Part shown: one piece after another, positions 19,473 to 28,334 of the stretch | How positions within the stretch are numbered: position 1 is the first letter of the stretch | Layout of the letters: every line of letters starts with the position of its first letter | Assembly: GCA_043806935.1 (NCBI GenBank) | Contig: JAZDGP010000004.1 | Span: 1 to 43,833 of the forward strand | Direction: 5' to 3' | Origin: a bacterium | GTDB lineage: Bacteria; Patescibacteriota; Patescibacteriia; JAZDGP01 | DNA length: 43,833 bases | Notes under the pieces: generated by a model | Databases searched by the model: none | What the model was told of the DNA's origin: nothing | What the model saw: the letters and a program-made list of their open reading frames with translations, nothing else | Position numbers and translations under genes: made by a program

Positions 19473-20024
19473 ATGATTAATCAACAAGAATCGTTTACAC
19501 CCATTAATATGGAGCAAACGCTAACCGAAGAAAAGATAGCAGAACTAGTTACAGAAGTTAAAGCAATGATAGCTCCTTTTTATAATGCCATTGAACAAGC
19601 TAGGAAAGCTAATGCGGACAGAGAAGTAGGAGGAAGGATTAAATCTGGCAAATTACAATTTATGGATGAATCGCAGTGGCTGAGCAGTTCGGTGGTCGGT
19701 GAATTTCATGAAGAGGAAAGAAAAATAACTAAAGACGGTTGGCTTACTTTCCATACGCATCCGGTAGCTGGCCTACCCCATGAATCAGCAGCTGATATCC
19801 TAGCGGCTTATTATCGTTTGCGGGAAGTGATTATTCATGAACAAGGTATTACTTTACTGATCGCTTTGAAAGAATTGCCAGTGGATATAATCACTAAATT
19901 GGACGAACAAGCTTGGAAGGAAGCGCAATTAGAAGAAGAAAAAAGCGGAGAGCAAGCGTATTGGTTTTGGAAAGGTATTCTTCAACAAAAACTGCCGGTA
20001 CGGGTCGTTAATTTTAAACTATAA
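19473..20024 (+). CDS. JAB/MPN-like metalloprotein
   Basis: REVGG...FHTHP-x7-SAAD resembles the JAMM motif; start uncertain (19473 or 19509). Confidence 0.6.
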   Translation: MINQQESFTPINMEQTLTEEKIAELVTEVKAMIAPFYNAIEQARKANADREVGGRIKSGKLQFMDESQWLSSSVVGEFHEEERKITKDGWLTFHTHPVAGLPHESAADILAAYYRLREVIIHEQGITLLIALKELPVDIITKLDEQAWKEAQLEEEKSGEQAYWFWKGILQQKLPVRVVNFKL

Positions 20025-20157
20025 ATACCGGAAACGTTATTATTACTTTAGAAGTTATGATGGGCTCGAATTATTCGCTCACTTTATTATGTTTTTAGTA
20101 TTTTATACTATACTACCCTTATAAAGGTTGTCCTTTACTATGGTTATTTATGGAGCA

Positions 20158-20186
20158 TTGACAACATTAAATTATCGTGATAAGGT
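20158..20186 (+). promoter_or_regulatory. sigma70-type promoter TTGACA-17-(TGa)TAAGGT
   Basis: consensus match; upstream 46 nt homologous to 18858-18903. Confidence 0.65.
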
Positions 20187-20240
20187 GTTTAGTCATTTAG
20201 AACATTGAGTTCTGGTGATCAAAAACATTTGGAGGTTAAC

Positions 20241-21185
20241 ATGAAATCATTATTGTATGTAATAACCATTGTGGCGCTATCTTCAAGCATATTTGCTCAA
20301 CAATCTATTCGCATTGACGGTTTTGTTCATTTGCTGGACGGTTACAGTAAAACACCAATCGGCGGGCAGGTACAACGTTCCATGGTTAAACTGAGGTTAA
20401 ATAACGCTCAATATGGAGCAGTGGTTAACTTTGATTTAGCTGGACCACGGTTGTTGCACAATGCTTTTATCTGGTTCGGTCTTCCTCCTTTCGGTTTTGT
20501 CAATTCGTTTAAAATTTCTTTTGGGAAGACGATTCCGATTTTTGGAAACAACTATCCATTGTATCCTTCTGAAATTATCTTGATCAACTTTAATCCAAGC
20601 GCTAGTAAGATGTTGACTGTCAGGGATGTTGGCCTGAGTGCTCAATGGGAAACTCCTTGGGTTAAGGGCATTTGTTCCATCACTAATGGGACGGATACAA
20701 GGCTGGTTAATGGAGGAGACAACAATAATTCAAGAGACATTTCTCTCAGGTTGGTTAAAAAGTTTTGGTTTTTTTCGGTGGCGGCCAGCGCTCGTTTTGC
20801 TGATGCTGATTTTGCCAAGAGGCTGATTGGAGCGGATATAGAAGTTGCTTATGATAGTTTGAAAATAATATCCGAAATCATCCTCTCAAACATTGCTGGA
20901 TTTCCGGTGCTCGGGCAAACAAATGCGTTGATGTTGAACGCGGGTAATAAAGAATCAGTAGGTTTGAATGTAATGGGCGTTTATTCTTTTTCCCCTTGTG
21001 AATTTATCGCTGATTTTGATCATTACCATTCGGTGGTTAGCACTGAGCAAACGTATACATTTGGTATTAACTACCACTTGTCAAAACAGGTGAGATTTGC
21101 AGTAAATTGTATTCAGGTTGAAAATAAAACAACTGGCATTGAACGTAAAGTTTTATCCCAGTTGGAATACAAAATTAGTATTTAA
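20241..21185 (+). CDS. secreted porin-like (OprO/OprP-like) beta-barrel protein
   Basis: GGAGG SD, signal peptide, RDVGL...ITNG...DNNNSRDISLRL motif, YTFGINYH, QLEYKI terminal strand. Confidence 0.6.
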   Translation: MKSLLYVITIVALSSSIFAQQSIRIDGFVHLLDGYSKTPIGGQVQRSMVKLRLNNAQYGAVVNFDLAGPRLLHNAFIWFGLPPFGFVNSFKISFGKTIPIFGNNYPLYPSEIILINFNPSASKMLTVRDVGLSAQWETPWVKGICSITNGTDTRLVNGGDNNNSRDISLRLVKKFWFFSVAASARFADADFAKRLIGADIEVAYDSLKIISEIILSNIAGFPVLGQTNALMLNAGNKESVGLNVMGVYSFSPCEFIADFDHYHSVVSTEQTYTFGINYHLSKQVRFAVNCIQVENKTTGIERKVLSQLEYKISI

Positions 21186-21212
21186 CTATGAATTTAGATT
21201 TTGTTCCGCTTC

Positions 21213-21251
21213 AAAGTCCCGTTTCGTTGATTGAGACGGGATTTTTGTTTT
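21213..21251 (+). terminator. intrinsic terminator
   Basis: AAAGTCCCGTTTC/GAGACGGGATTTT stem plus T-tract. Confidence 0.75.
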
Positions 21252-21311
21252 CATGCTATGCTATCCATACAAAGGTCGTTCTTTTTTATAATCACTATTA
21301 ACCTTATTTAT

Positions 21312-21515
21312 ATGGATCAAATGATGGAACAAAATAAGTCATGTTCCTGTACGCACCATAAGTTCGTGCCATTTCTTATTTTCTTGTTTGGTTTGCTATT
21401 CCTGCTAGGCAATCTGGGCGTGCTAGGGCAAGGATTAGTGGACATTGTCTGGCCGATCCTAGTGCTGCTTGGCGGTTTGTCCATGATGACCAGCGGTAAG
21501 TGCAAGTGCTGCTAA
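21312..21515 (+). CDS. small 2-TM protein (LiaF/DUF5668-like) with Cys-rich ends
   Basis: GLLFLLGNLG...WPILVLLGG; CSCTHH and CKCC. Confidence 0.7.
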   Translation: MDQMMEQNKSCSCTHHKFVPFLIFLFGLLFLLGNLGVLGQGLVDIVWPILVLLGGLSMMTSGKCKCC

Positions 21516-21569
21516 GGCAGATAAAAACAGCCTCTGACAACAGAGGCTGTTTTCTGTTATAATGACCAT

Positions 21570-22967
21570 ATGAAAATAAAGTTCTGTGGCGCCGCCCAAA
21601 ACGTCACTGGGTCCAAACATCTGCTCCAGATCGGGGAGAAGAAAGTGCTGTTAGACTGCGGTCTGTTTCAAGGGAATCCTAGGGAATCTGCTGGCCTTAA
21701 CCGCCACTGGCCGTTTGATATCAAGGAAGTTTCTCATGTTGTTCTGTCACATGGGCATTTAGACCATTGCGGAGGAATTTTACGTTTGGCTAAAGAAGGC
21801 TGGAAAGGGAAGGTGTGGTGCACGGAAGCCACCAAAGACGTGGTGTACTGGATTCTTAAAGACGCGGCTTACATACAGCAGGGAGACTACGAGTACGCTG
21901 TAAGGAAAGCAAAGATGAAAGCGGAAGATATTCCTGAACCTTTGTTTGGGCCTGATGACGTGGATACCGCCATGGAGCTATTTGAAACGATTCCTTACCA
22001 ATCTTGGACTGACATTGAACCTAATATCCGTGTCAAGATGTATGACGCTGGACATATTTTAGGTTCATCCGTGATTGCTTTGGAGTACGTGGAAGATGGC
22101 GTTATAAGACGGCTTGGATTTTCTGGAGACTTAGGGAGAAAGAAAGTTCCTATATTAAGAGATCCGCAGGTGATTGAAGAGGATGTTGATATTTGGATCA
22201 TGGAGAGCACGTATGGAGACAGATTGCACGCTAGCATTGACGATTTGGAAACAAGATTAGTGGAAGTGATTAAGAAAGCGGTTGAACGGAAGGCTAAAAT
22301 CATCTGTCCGGCTTTCTCTTTGGGAAGAACGCAGGAATTGATTTATGTGTTACATAAGCTGACTGACGAAGGGAAATTGCCTCGTTTCCCAATGTACGTG
22401 GACAGCCCGTTAGCTGGCAGCATCACCACTGTCTTTGGCAAGCATTTAGATCTCTTTGATAACCACTCACGTGTTGATTTCTTAAACCATGGAGATAATC
22501 CGTTTGGATTCAGGAATCTGACGTATACCAGAGACAAGACCGCTTCTGAAGCGCTCAATGGCATGCCTGGACCTATGCTGATCATATCAGCTAGCGGCAT
22601 GGCCAATGCCGGTAGAGTATTGCATCACCTGAAGCATAACGTCAGCGATCCCAACAACATGGTGCTGATCACTGGATTCATGGCCAAGCACACGTTAGGC
22701 AGAAGCTTGGTGGAGAAGGAACCGACGGTTAGGATCTTTGGAGAGAGTTATCCGGTCAGGGCGGAAATCCAGATCTTTAACGAATTCTCCGCTCACGCTG
22801 ATTACCAAGGTTTGATAGATTACACATTAAGCTTGAAAGGGATTAAGAAGATATTCCTGGTGCACGGTGAAGCTGGGCAAACTAATATCTTAAAAGCAAG
22901 GCTGGAGAACCTGAAACAAGGCTGGGAGGTGATTGTACCTGCTTACGAGGAAGAATTCATTGTATGA
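21570..22967 (+). CDS. MBL-fold beta-CASP ribonuclease
   Basis: VTGS, DCG, SHGHLDH, AGHILGS, ESTYG, FSAHAD, VHGE. Confidence 0.93.
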   Translation: MKIKFCGAAQNVTGSKHLLQIGEKKVLLDCGLFQGNPRESAGLNRHWPFDIKEVSHVVLSHGHLDHCGGILRLAKEGWKGKVWCTEATKDVVYWILKDAAYIQQGDYEYAVRKAKMKAEDIPEPLFGPDDVDTAMELFETIPYQSWTDIEPNIRVKMYDAGHILGSSVIALEYVEDGVIRRLGFSGDLGRKKVPILRDPQVIEEDVDIWIMESTYGDRLHASIDDLETRLVEVIKKAVERKAKIICPAFSLGRTQELIYVLHKLTDEGKLPRFPMYVDSPLAGSITTVFGKHLDLFDNHSRVDFLNHGDNPFGFRNLTYTRDKTASEALNGMPGPMLIISASGMANAGRVLHHLKHNVSDPNNMVLITGFMAKHTLGRSLVEKEPTVRIFGESYPVRAEIQIFNEFSAHADYQGLIDYTLSLKGIKKIFLVHGEAGQTNILKARLENLKQGWEVIVPAYEEEFIV

Positions 22968-23041
22968 CCTTTGATGGACATCATAAATGACAATAGATCT
23001 TAATAAGAATGTGTTATAATAAGTTTATAAAATTAGTTTTT

Positions 23042-23266
23042 ATGGAAGACAAAATTAAGCAAGCATTGGAGCAAGTGAGACCGGGATTATTGGCAGATGG
23101 CGGAGACGTAGAGTTCGTTTCTTTTGATCCCTCTACCGGTATAGTGGAGTTGAAACTGTTGGGGGCTTGTTCTTCTTGCCCAATGTCGCAGATCACCTTG
23201 CGGTGGGGCATTGAGGAAACCATTAAGCTGGCAGTGCCTGAAGTAAAGGAAGTTACAACAATATGA
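23042..23266 (+). CDS. NifU-C/Nfu Fe-S carrier
   Basis: VRPGLLADGGDVE, GACSSCP. Confidence 0.9.
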   Translation: MEDKIKQALEQVRPGLLADGGDVEFVSFDPSTGIVELKLLGACSSCPMSQITLRWGIEETIKLAVPEVKEVTTI

Positions 23267-23640
23267 ATTGGATTGAACCGTTGGTAAATACTTTGTTTAA
23301 AGACCGTTTTAATCGGTACTGTTTATTGGCTCAAGGAATTTTAGTGATCTGTATCATAGCCGTTACAGTCGCTTGGCAGAAGATGATTCCAGGAGAGGAA
23401 GCGATATTCCGTTTTACCAGCTACTACGGAGTGGATCAATTGGGAGCTAAGGGGTTGATTTGGTGGTGGTTAATTGGCGCTTTGGTAGTTACTATTCTTG
23501 GTTTGCTTTCACTGTTTCCTCTTTATAAACAACAGCCATTAGCTGGACAGACTGTTGTTGTTAGCACGCTTACGGTCTTGTTTATTGCTCTTGTCGCGTT
23601 GTCATTCCTTTTATACATTAACTTATCTGGCCGTGTTTAA
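23263..23640 (+). CDS. 3-TM membrane protein
   Basis: hydrophobic segments, YYGVD motif; coupled to neighbours. Confidence 0.7.
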   Translation: MNWIEPLVNTLFKDRFNRYCLLAQGILVICIIAVTVAWQKMIPGEEAIFRFTSYYGVDQLGAKGLIWWWLIGALVVTILGLLSLFPLYKQQPLAGQTVVVSTLTVLFIALVALSFLLYINLSGRV

Positions 23641-24715
23641 CGCGATAGCTCTCGTTAAGATCTTAGTTGTGGCAGTGTCTGGCTTTGTTTTGGCATTGCT
23701 ATGGTCGCCATTGCTCACTGATTGGCTGTACAGGAATAAGTTCTGGAAGCAGAAAGCCAGGGAATTAGCTCCTGACGGCAGTCCCACTCCTATCTTCAAC
23801 CAGATGCATAAAGAGAAGGAAGTGGGTACGCCTAGGGCTGGCGGATTGCTCGTATGGCTGACTGTGCTCTTGGTAATGGCTATCTATTGGTCATTAAGCA
23901 AGCTGTTCCCTGATTCCCTTTTCTCCAGTTTTGATTTTGTGTCTAGACGGGAGACTTGGCTGCCGCTCTTTACCTTGGTGGTCGCTGGCATTATAGGGTT
24001 TGTTGACGACTATTTGGTTGTAAGAGGGAAAGGCAAGTATATTGGCGGAGGGTTAAGCTTTACTAAACGGGTGCTGTTGGTAATTGTCATTGGCCTTATA
24101 GCTGCTTGGTGGTTTTACTTTAAGCTTGGAGCGGATAGCATCTATGTGCCGCTGTTAGGGAGTCTGGCTATTGGATGGCTGTACATTCCATTGTTCGTTC
24201 TGGTGATGCTGGCAGTGTTTTCCAGCGGTGTGGTGGACGGATTGGATGGATTGTCTGGAGGAGTATTCTCCACCATCTTTACAGCTTACACTGTAATAGC
24301 TTTTGCTAGAGGCCAGTATGATCTAGCAGCCTTCAGTCTGCTGTTGGTTGGAACCTTAATGGCTTATTTGTGGTTTAACATACCGCCAGCCAGGTTTTAC
24401 ATGGGAGAGACAGGAGTCTTGGCGCTAACCTCCGTTCTCACCGTCATGGCGTTCCTGACTAACACTGTTTTGTTGTTGCCAATTATCGGTATTATTTTGG
24501 TGCTGGAGTCAGGATCAGTGGCAATTCAGTTGCTGTCCAAGAAGTTCAGAGGCAAGAAAGTGTTCCTGGTCGCTCCGATCCATCATCATTTTGAAGCTTT
24601 GGGCTGGCCTGCTTATAAAGTCACCATGCGTTTCTGGGTGATTTCCGCTTTGGGAGCTTTAGCTGGGGTCATTCTCGCTCTAACTGGTTCCGTATTAGCA
24701 ATTATCTTTAAGTAA
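23633..24715 (+). CDS. mraY: phospho-N-acetylmuramoyl-pentapeptide transferase
   Basis: GTP..GG, GFVDDY, DGLDGL, FYMGETG, APIHHHFE; GTG start inferred. Confidence 0.92.
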   Translation: MFNAIALVKILVVAVSGFVLALLWSPLLTDWLYRNKFWKQKARELAPDGSPTPIFNQMHKEKEVGTPRAGGLLVWLTVLLVMAIYWSLSKLFPDSLFSSFDFVSRRETWLPLFTLVVAGIIGFVDDYLVVRGKGKYIGGGLSFTKRVLLVIVIGLIAAWWFYFKLGADSIYVPLLGSLAIGWLYIPLFVLVMLAVFSSGVVDGLDGLSGGVFSTIFTAYTVIAFARGQYDLAAFSLLLVGTLMAYLWFNIPPARFYMGETGVLALTSVLTVMAFLTNTVLLLPIIGIILVLESGSVAIQLLSKKFRGKKVFLVAPIHHHFEALGWPAYKVTMRFWVISALGALAGVILALTGSVLAIIFK

Positions 24716-25093
24716 ATGCAGTACGGGAATTGGAAAAAGACGGTTGTGAGTAAAAATAATTATTGGTGGTGGTTGGTATTACTTATCGTGGTTATTGGTG
24801 GCTGTTACTTTGTGATCAGGGAGTGGAGGGCGCGGTATGACATTGACCAGCAGATCACAGATCTTAAGCAGCAGGTGGAAGCAGTTAAAGCAGACAATGG
24901 AAAGGCCAAAGATCTGTTAGATCTAGTGAACAATCCGTACTTCGTGGAAGCGCAGTTACGGTTGAAACTGGGGAAGCAGAAACCTGGGGAACGGGCAGTG
25001 GTGGTGCCGGAGACTACGGCTGTGAAGGCGCAAGAAGATAAACAAGCGGAAGAGCCATTGCGGAGCAAGTGGTCGAAGTTCTTTTTTAAGTAG
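24716..25093 (+). CDS. septum formation initiator FtsB/DivIC-like
   Basis: TM, coiled coil, EAQLRLKLGKQKPGE. Confidence 0.8.
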   Translation: MQYGNWKKTVVSKNNYWWWLVLLIVVIGGCYFVIREWRARYDIDQQITDLKQQVEAVKADNGKAKDLLDLVNNPYFVEAQLRLKLGKQKPGERAVVVPETTAVKAQEDKQAEEPLRSKWSKFFFK

Positions 25094-25132
25094 ACTGAAC
25101 AGCCTTTTTCCGCTACACTGTCCGTGCTTTTA

Positions 25133-25207
25133 GCGGGTATCGTATAACGGCTATTATGCGACCTTCCCAAGGTTGAGACACGGGTCCGACTCCCGTTACC
25201 CGCTCCA
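25133..25207 (+). tRNA. tRNA-Gly(CCC)
   Basis: GCGGGTA/TACCCGC acceptor, loop TTCCCAA, U73, encoded CCA. Confidence 0.93.
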
Positions 25208-25343
25208 AAAGTGATAGAAATATACAGAAAGTTACAATAACAAATAGTTGTTACATTAAAACTTAAGCCACCTCTTTTGTCTGTTAATAATTACTCTTGA
25301 TTTTTAATAATTATCGCCTTAGTATACTTACACACAAACCTTT

Positions 25344-25688
25344 ATGCATTATTGGAATTTAGTTAGGTACGTTATTGCTCAATTGTTGCGGAAAATCGGG
25401 TATGATTTCCATGAAGCTGATGATACTAGAGTAGCCGCTATGAAACAGGCAATAGCTGATGTTGGCGGCAGGATTGAATTTGCCATTGAGCGCCATCCTG
25501 ATGGGGTATGGACAGCGGAGTCGATCAATATCCAAGGGATAATCACTGGCGGGAAAGGTTTTGGCCAAGCGCCAAGAGAAATTAAAGACGCTGTTTTTAC
25601 CTACTTTGGCATTCCGCCTCATTTGTGCAATGACGCTTTGTTGCGAACTGAAGGTGATTTAACCGCACGACAATTGGTGTATGGGTAA
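25344..25688 (+). CDS. hicB: HicB-like antitoxin
   Basis: DGVWTAESINIQGIITGG...IKDAVFTYFGIP, similar to 3663-3989. Confidence 0.65.
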   Translation: MHYWNLVRYVIAQLLRKIGYDFHEADDTRVAAMKQAIADVGGRIEFAIERHPDGVWTAESINIQGIITGGKGFGQAPREIKDAVFTYFGIPPHLCNDALLRTEGDLTARQLVYG

Positions 25689-25920
25689 TCGCAGTTTGGG
25701 TGATATCACGCAGGCTCATTGGTTGCGAGCCTGCGCTAAATTAGGTTTGGTAATAGATACCACTGCTGGCAAGGGTAGCCACGCGCGAGTGATCCATCCT
25801 TCAACTCATCAGATATTGACTATTCAGTACAAAACCCATAAGGTTCTTAACCAAAAGATATTTAAAACTCTGTCGCGTTGGAATTTTACTGAAGATGCCA
25901 TTTGGGAAGTGTTACGGTAA
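25681..25920 (+). CDS. hicA: HicA-like toxin
   Basis: KLGL...GKGSH motif; overlaps the antitoxin stop. Confidence 0.75.
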   Translation: MGNRSLGDITQAHWLRACAKLGLVIDTTAGKGSHARVIHPSTHQILTIQYKTHKVLNQKIFKTLSRWNFTEDAIWEVLR

Positions 25921-25968
25921 AGAATATGCTATACTCTATATAGGTAGCAATACCTTGTTTTTATTTAA

Positions 25969-26044
25969 GCCGATGTAGCTCAGCTGGTAGAGCAGTGCTT
26001 TCGTAAAGCAAAGGTCGTGGGTTCGAATCCCACCTTCGGCTCCA
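25969..26044 (+). tRNA. tRNA-Thr(CGT)
   Basis: cloverleaf, loop TTCGTAA, GGTTCGAATCC, CCA. Confidence 0.95.
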
Positions 26045-26055
26045 GAAATAACCAA

Positions 26056-27660
26056 ATGCATATTAAAAAAATTATTGTCAGTTTATTCCTGCTGTTGTTG
26101 GCTATTCCAGCTCAGGCTGCTGCCACTACAACAGTCAAGGCAACAAGTCCAGATGGATTTTTGAGTATCACTGGCGTTGTTAACACCGTGTCATTAGGCA
26201 AAGAACAACCAGATAAAGTTATTACTGTGGAACAGCTTCCTTGGAAGGGCCATGATTACATGTACGCTTTGCTCCAGCATAGCCCTACTGAATATTATTA
26301 CAGAGTGACTGCGAAGAAACCGTTATTTGCCAAAAAAGCTTCTCTGGTTACCATTCAATTTCCTTCTACTAACAGCAAAGACGGCAAGTCAGATCCGCAG
26401 TGGCGTGTTTACCGCAGGAACAGCTATAAAGTAGGGTGGAACATTGTGCGTAAAGGATACAGGATCAAGGGAGACAAACAGGAAGTTGACGCTAAGTTTG
26501 ATAATTCTGTTGAGTTCATTGTCATTAACGAAGCCAAGCTGAAACCGTCAGATAGCAAGGCTGTGTATGGACCCGCGGTGCTGGCAGCTTCTTTGGGACA
26601 GGCGGCAGACGGCCGTCCCGTTGACTTCACTTATTTGATAAGCGAAGCGGAAGCGAAGAAAGGAACTACCATCGCCATTAAGGATTTGTTTGGAGGCAAC
26701 GGCAGTCTGGAAGTGCCGGCTGGGTCATTGTCCGGTGAAGTGGAGATCCAGATTGAAGCGTCAACAACCAGCGATTATTTACTTACTGGCACGGTCAGGA
26801 TCAAGACGGAAACAGTTAAGATAAAAAAACCGTTGGTCTTTTGGTGGGGTAAGAAAGAACCTTTTATGTACGAAGCCTTTACTAGCCAAGGAGGAGTCTG
26901 GCAGAAACAGGATGGAGCGATTATAACTGGCACTGCGGTAGGGATTCCATTGTCAGAAGCAGTCACTGCTTTTGCTATTACTGGCAAAGAGCAAACATTT
27001 GTCCAGCAATCTTCTAGCGGTCCGTTGTCTTTTTCTTTCCCTGCTAATTCCAACACGGATAAAATCATAGTCACTGTTGTCAGTTACGACCAATCCCGCG
27101 CCTTAAGTCCTGTATTTTCCTATATGGTTTTTCCCAAGGAAGGAACTGTCTTGGATCCAGCCCTTCTCCCTGATTCAGAACTTACCATTTTCTACCAATC
27201 CAGCCCCTATCGTATTCCAGTGGTTGCTTGGTATAATGAAGACGGCACTTCCAAACACATGGAGATTATTAAGCAGAGCGCTACAAGCGCCACTGTGAGT
27301 CTTCCAGCATGGTATGGCAAGATTGGGGTGGAGTATGACCCTCAGACCTACCAAGGGGCAGCCAGCTGGTATCCAACCAATCTGACAAGGCGGGCTCCTT
27401 TGGGAGCAGCTGCTAATGTCTATCCATTAAATAGCTGGGTGACGGTTACCAACATCGCTAACAGCAAGTCAGTAACCGTTAAAGTGGTGTCAGTAGGGCC
27501 TTACGCTGATGGGCGTATAATTGACCTGACTGGCAAAGCGTTCCAATACTTGGAAAGGACAGTTAAAGGAACGATTAAACAAGTGATAGTAAGGCCAGCC
27601 AAGGCGGAAGAGATTAAAAAAGCGGAAAAGAGTTTGTTACCAGCAAAAAAGAAAAAATGA
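26056..27660 (+). CDS. secreted protein with C-terminal RlpA-like DPBB domain
   Basis: signal peptide; GAASWY...VTVTN...GPY..GRIIDL; start moved past the tRNA. Confidence 0.8.
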   Translation: MHIKKIIVSLFLLLLAIPAQAAATTTVKATSPDGFLSITGVVNTVSLGKEQPDKVITVEQLPWKGHDYMYALLQHSPTEYYYRVTAKKPLFAKKASLVTIQFPSTNSKDGKSDPQWRVYRRNSYKVGWNIVRKGYRIKGDKQEVDAKFDNSVEFIVINEAKLKPSDSKAVYGPAVLAASLGQAADGRPVDFTYLISEAEAKKGTTIAIKDLFGGNGSLEVPAGSLSGEVEIQIEASTTSDYLLTGTVRIKTETVKIKKPLVFWWGKKEPFMYEAFTSQGGVWQKQDGAIITGTAVGIPLSEAVTAFAITGKEQTFVQQSSSGPLSFSFPANSNTDKIIVTVVSYDQSRALSPVFSYMVFPKEGTVLDPALLPDSELTIFYQSSPYRIPVVAWYNEDGTSKHMEIIKQSATSATVSLPAWYGKIGVEYDPQTYQGAASWYPTNLTRRAPLGAAANVYPLNSWVTVTNIANSKSVTVKVVSVGPYADGRIIDLTGKAFQYLERTVKGTIKQVIVRPAKAEEIKKAEKSLLPAKKKK

Positions 27661-28334
27661 TTACCCTACACCGAGTCAACAAGAGCTATAACAGCCAGCA
27701 TGTGCTTCAGGACGTGAATCTCATTGTGGAACCTGACGAGTTTTTGTCAATTGTAGGCCAGTCTGGCGCTGGCAAGACCACTCTCATTAGATTGTTAATG
27801 GCAGCCGAGCGCCCTGATAGTGGTACGATTAAGGTGGGTGGCACGGATGTCCATGCGTTGTCAGAGAGCGGAGTGCCTACTTTGCGTAGGCAGATGGGAG
27901 TTGTGTTTCAGGATTTCAAGCTATTGCAGTGGAAGACTGTCTGGGAGAACGTGGCGTTTGCTTTGGAAGTGTGCGGACAGTCGGATAAAGTCGTAAAACA
28001 GATGGTGCCTCAAGTGTTGAAATTAGTTGGATTAGCGGATAAGCATAATCGTTTTCCTAATCAACTGTCAGGAGGGGAGCAACAGCGCGTTGTGATAGCC
28101 CGTTCTTTGGTCCATCGACCCAAGCTATTATTAGCAGATGAGCCAACTGGCAACTTAGATACCATTAACACCAGGGAGATCATGGATTTATTATTAAGAA
28201 TCAACGAGTTGGGTACGACTGTGCTGTTGGTTACTCATAACCGTGATATGGTCAATGCTTTAAAACGGCGCGTGGTGACCATTGAGAACGGGCGGATTAT
28301 CGCTGACCAGCAGAAAGGAAGATATATATTATGA
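27657..28334 (+). CDS. ftsE: cell division ATPase FtsE
   Basis: [37 protein letters not shown]. Confidence 0.95.
   Translation: MITLHRVNKSYNSQHVLQDVNLIVEPDEFLSIVGQSGAGKTTLIRLLMAAERPDSGTIKVGGTDVHALSESGVPTLRRQMGVVFQDFKLLQWKTVWENVAFALEVCGQSDKVVKQMVPQVLKLVGLADKHNRFPNQLSGGEQQRVVIARSLVHRPKLLLADEPTGNLDTINTREIMDLLLRINELGTTVLLVTHNRDMVNALKRRVVTIENGRIIADQQKGRYIL

Noticed and set aside
18106-20210. CRISPR array or IS target-site duplication
   Set aside because: Only 2-3 copies separated by whole genes, no regular spacers, no cas or transposase gene
26017-26055. ORF-track N-terminal extension of the RlpA-domain protein
   Set aside because: Overlaps tRNA-Thr; ATG 26056 gives a proper signal peptide
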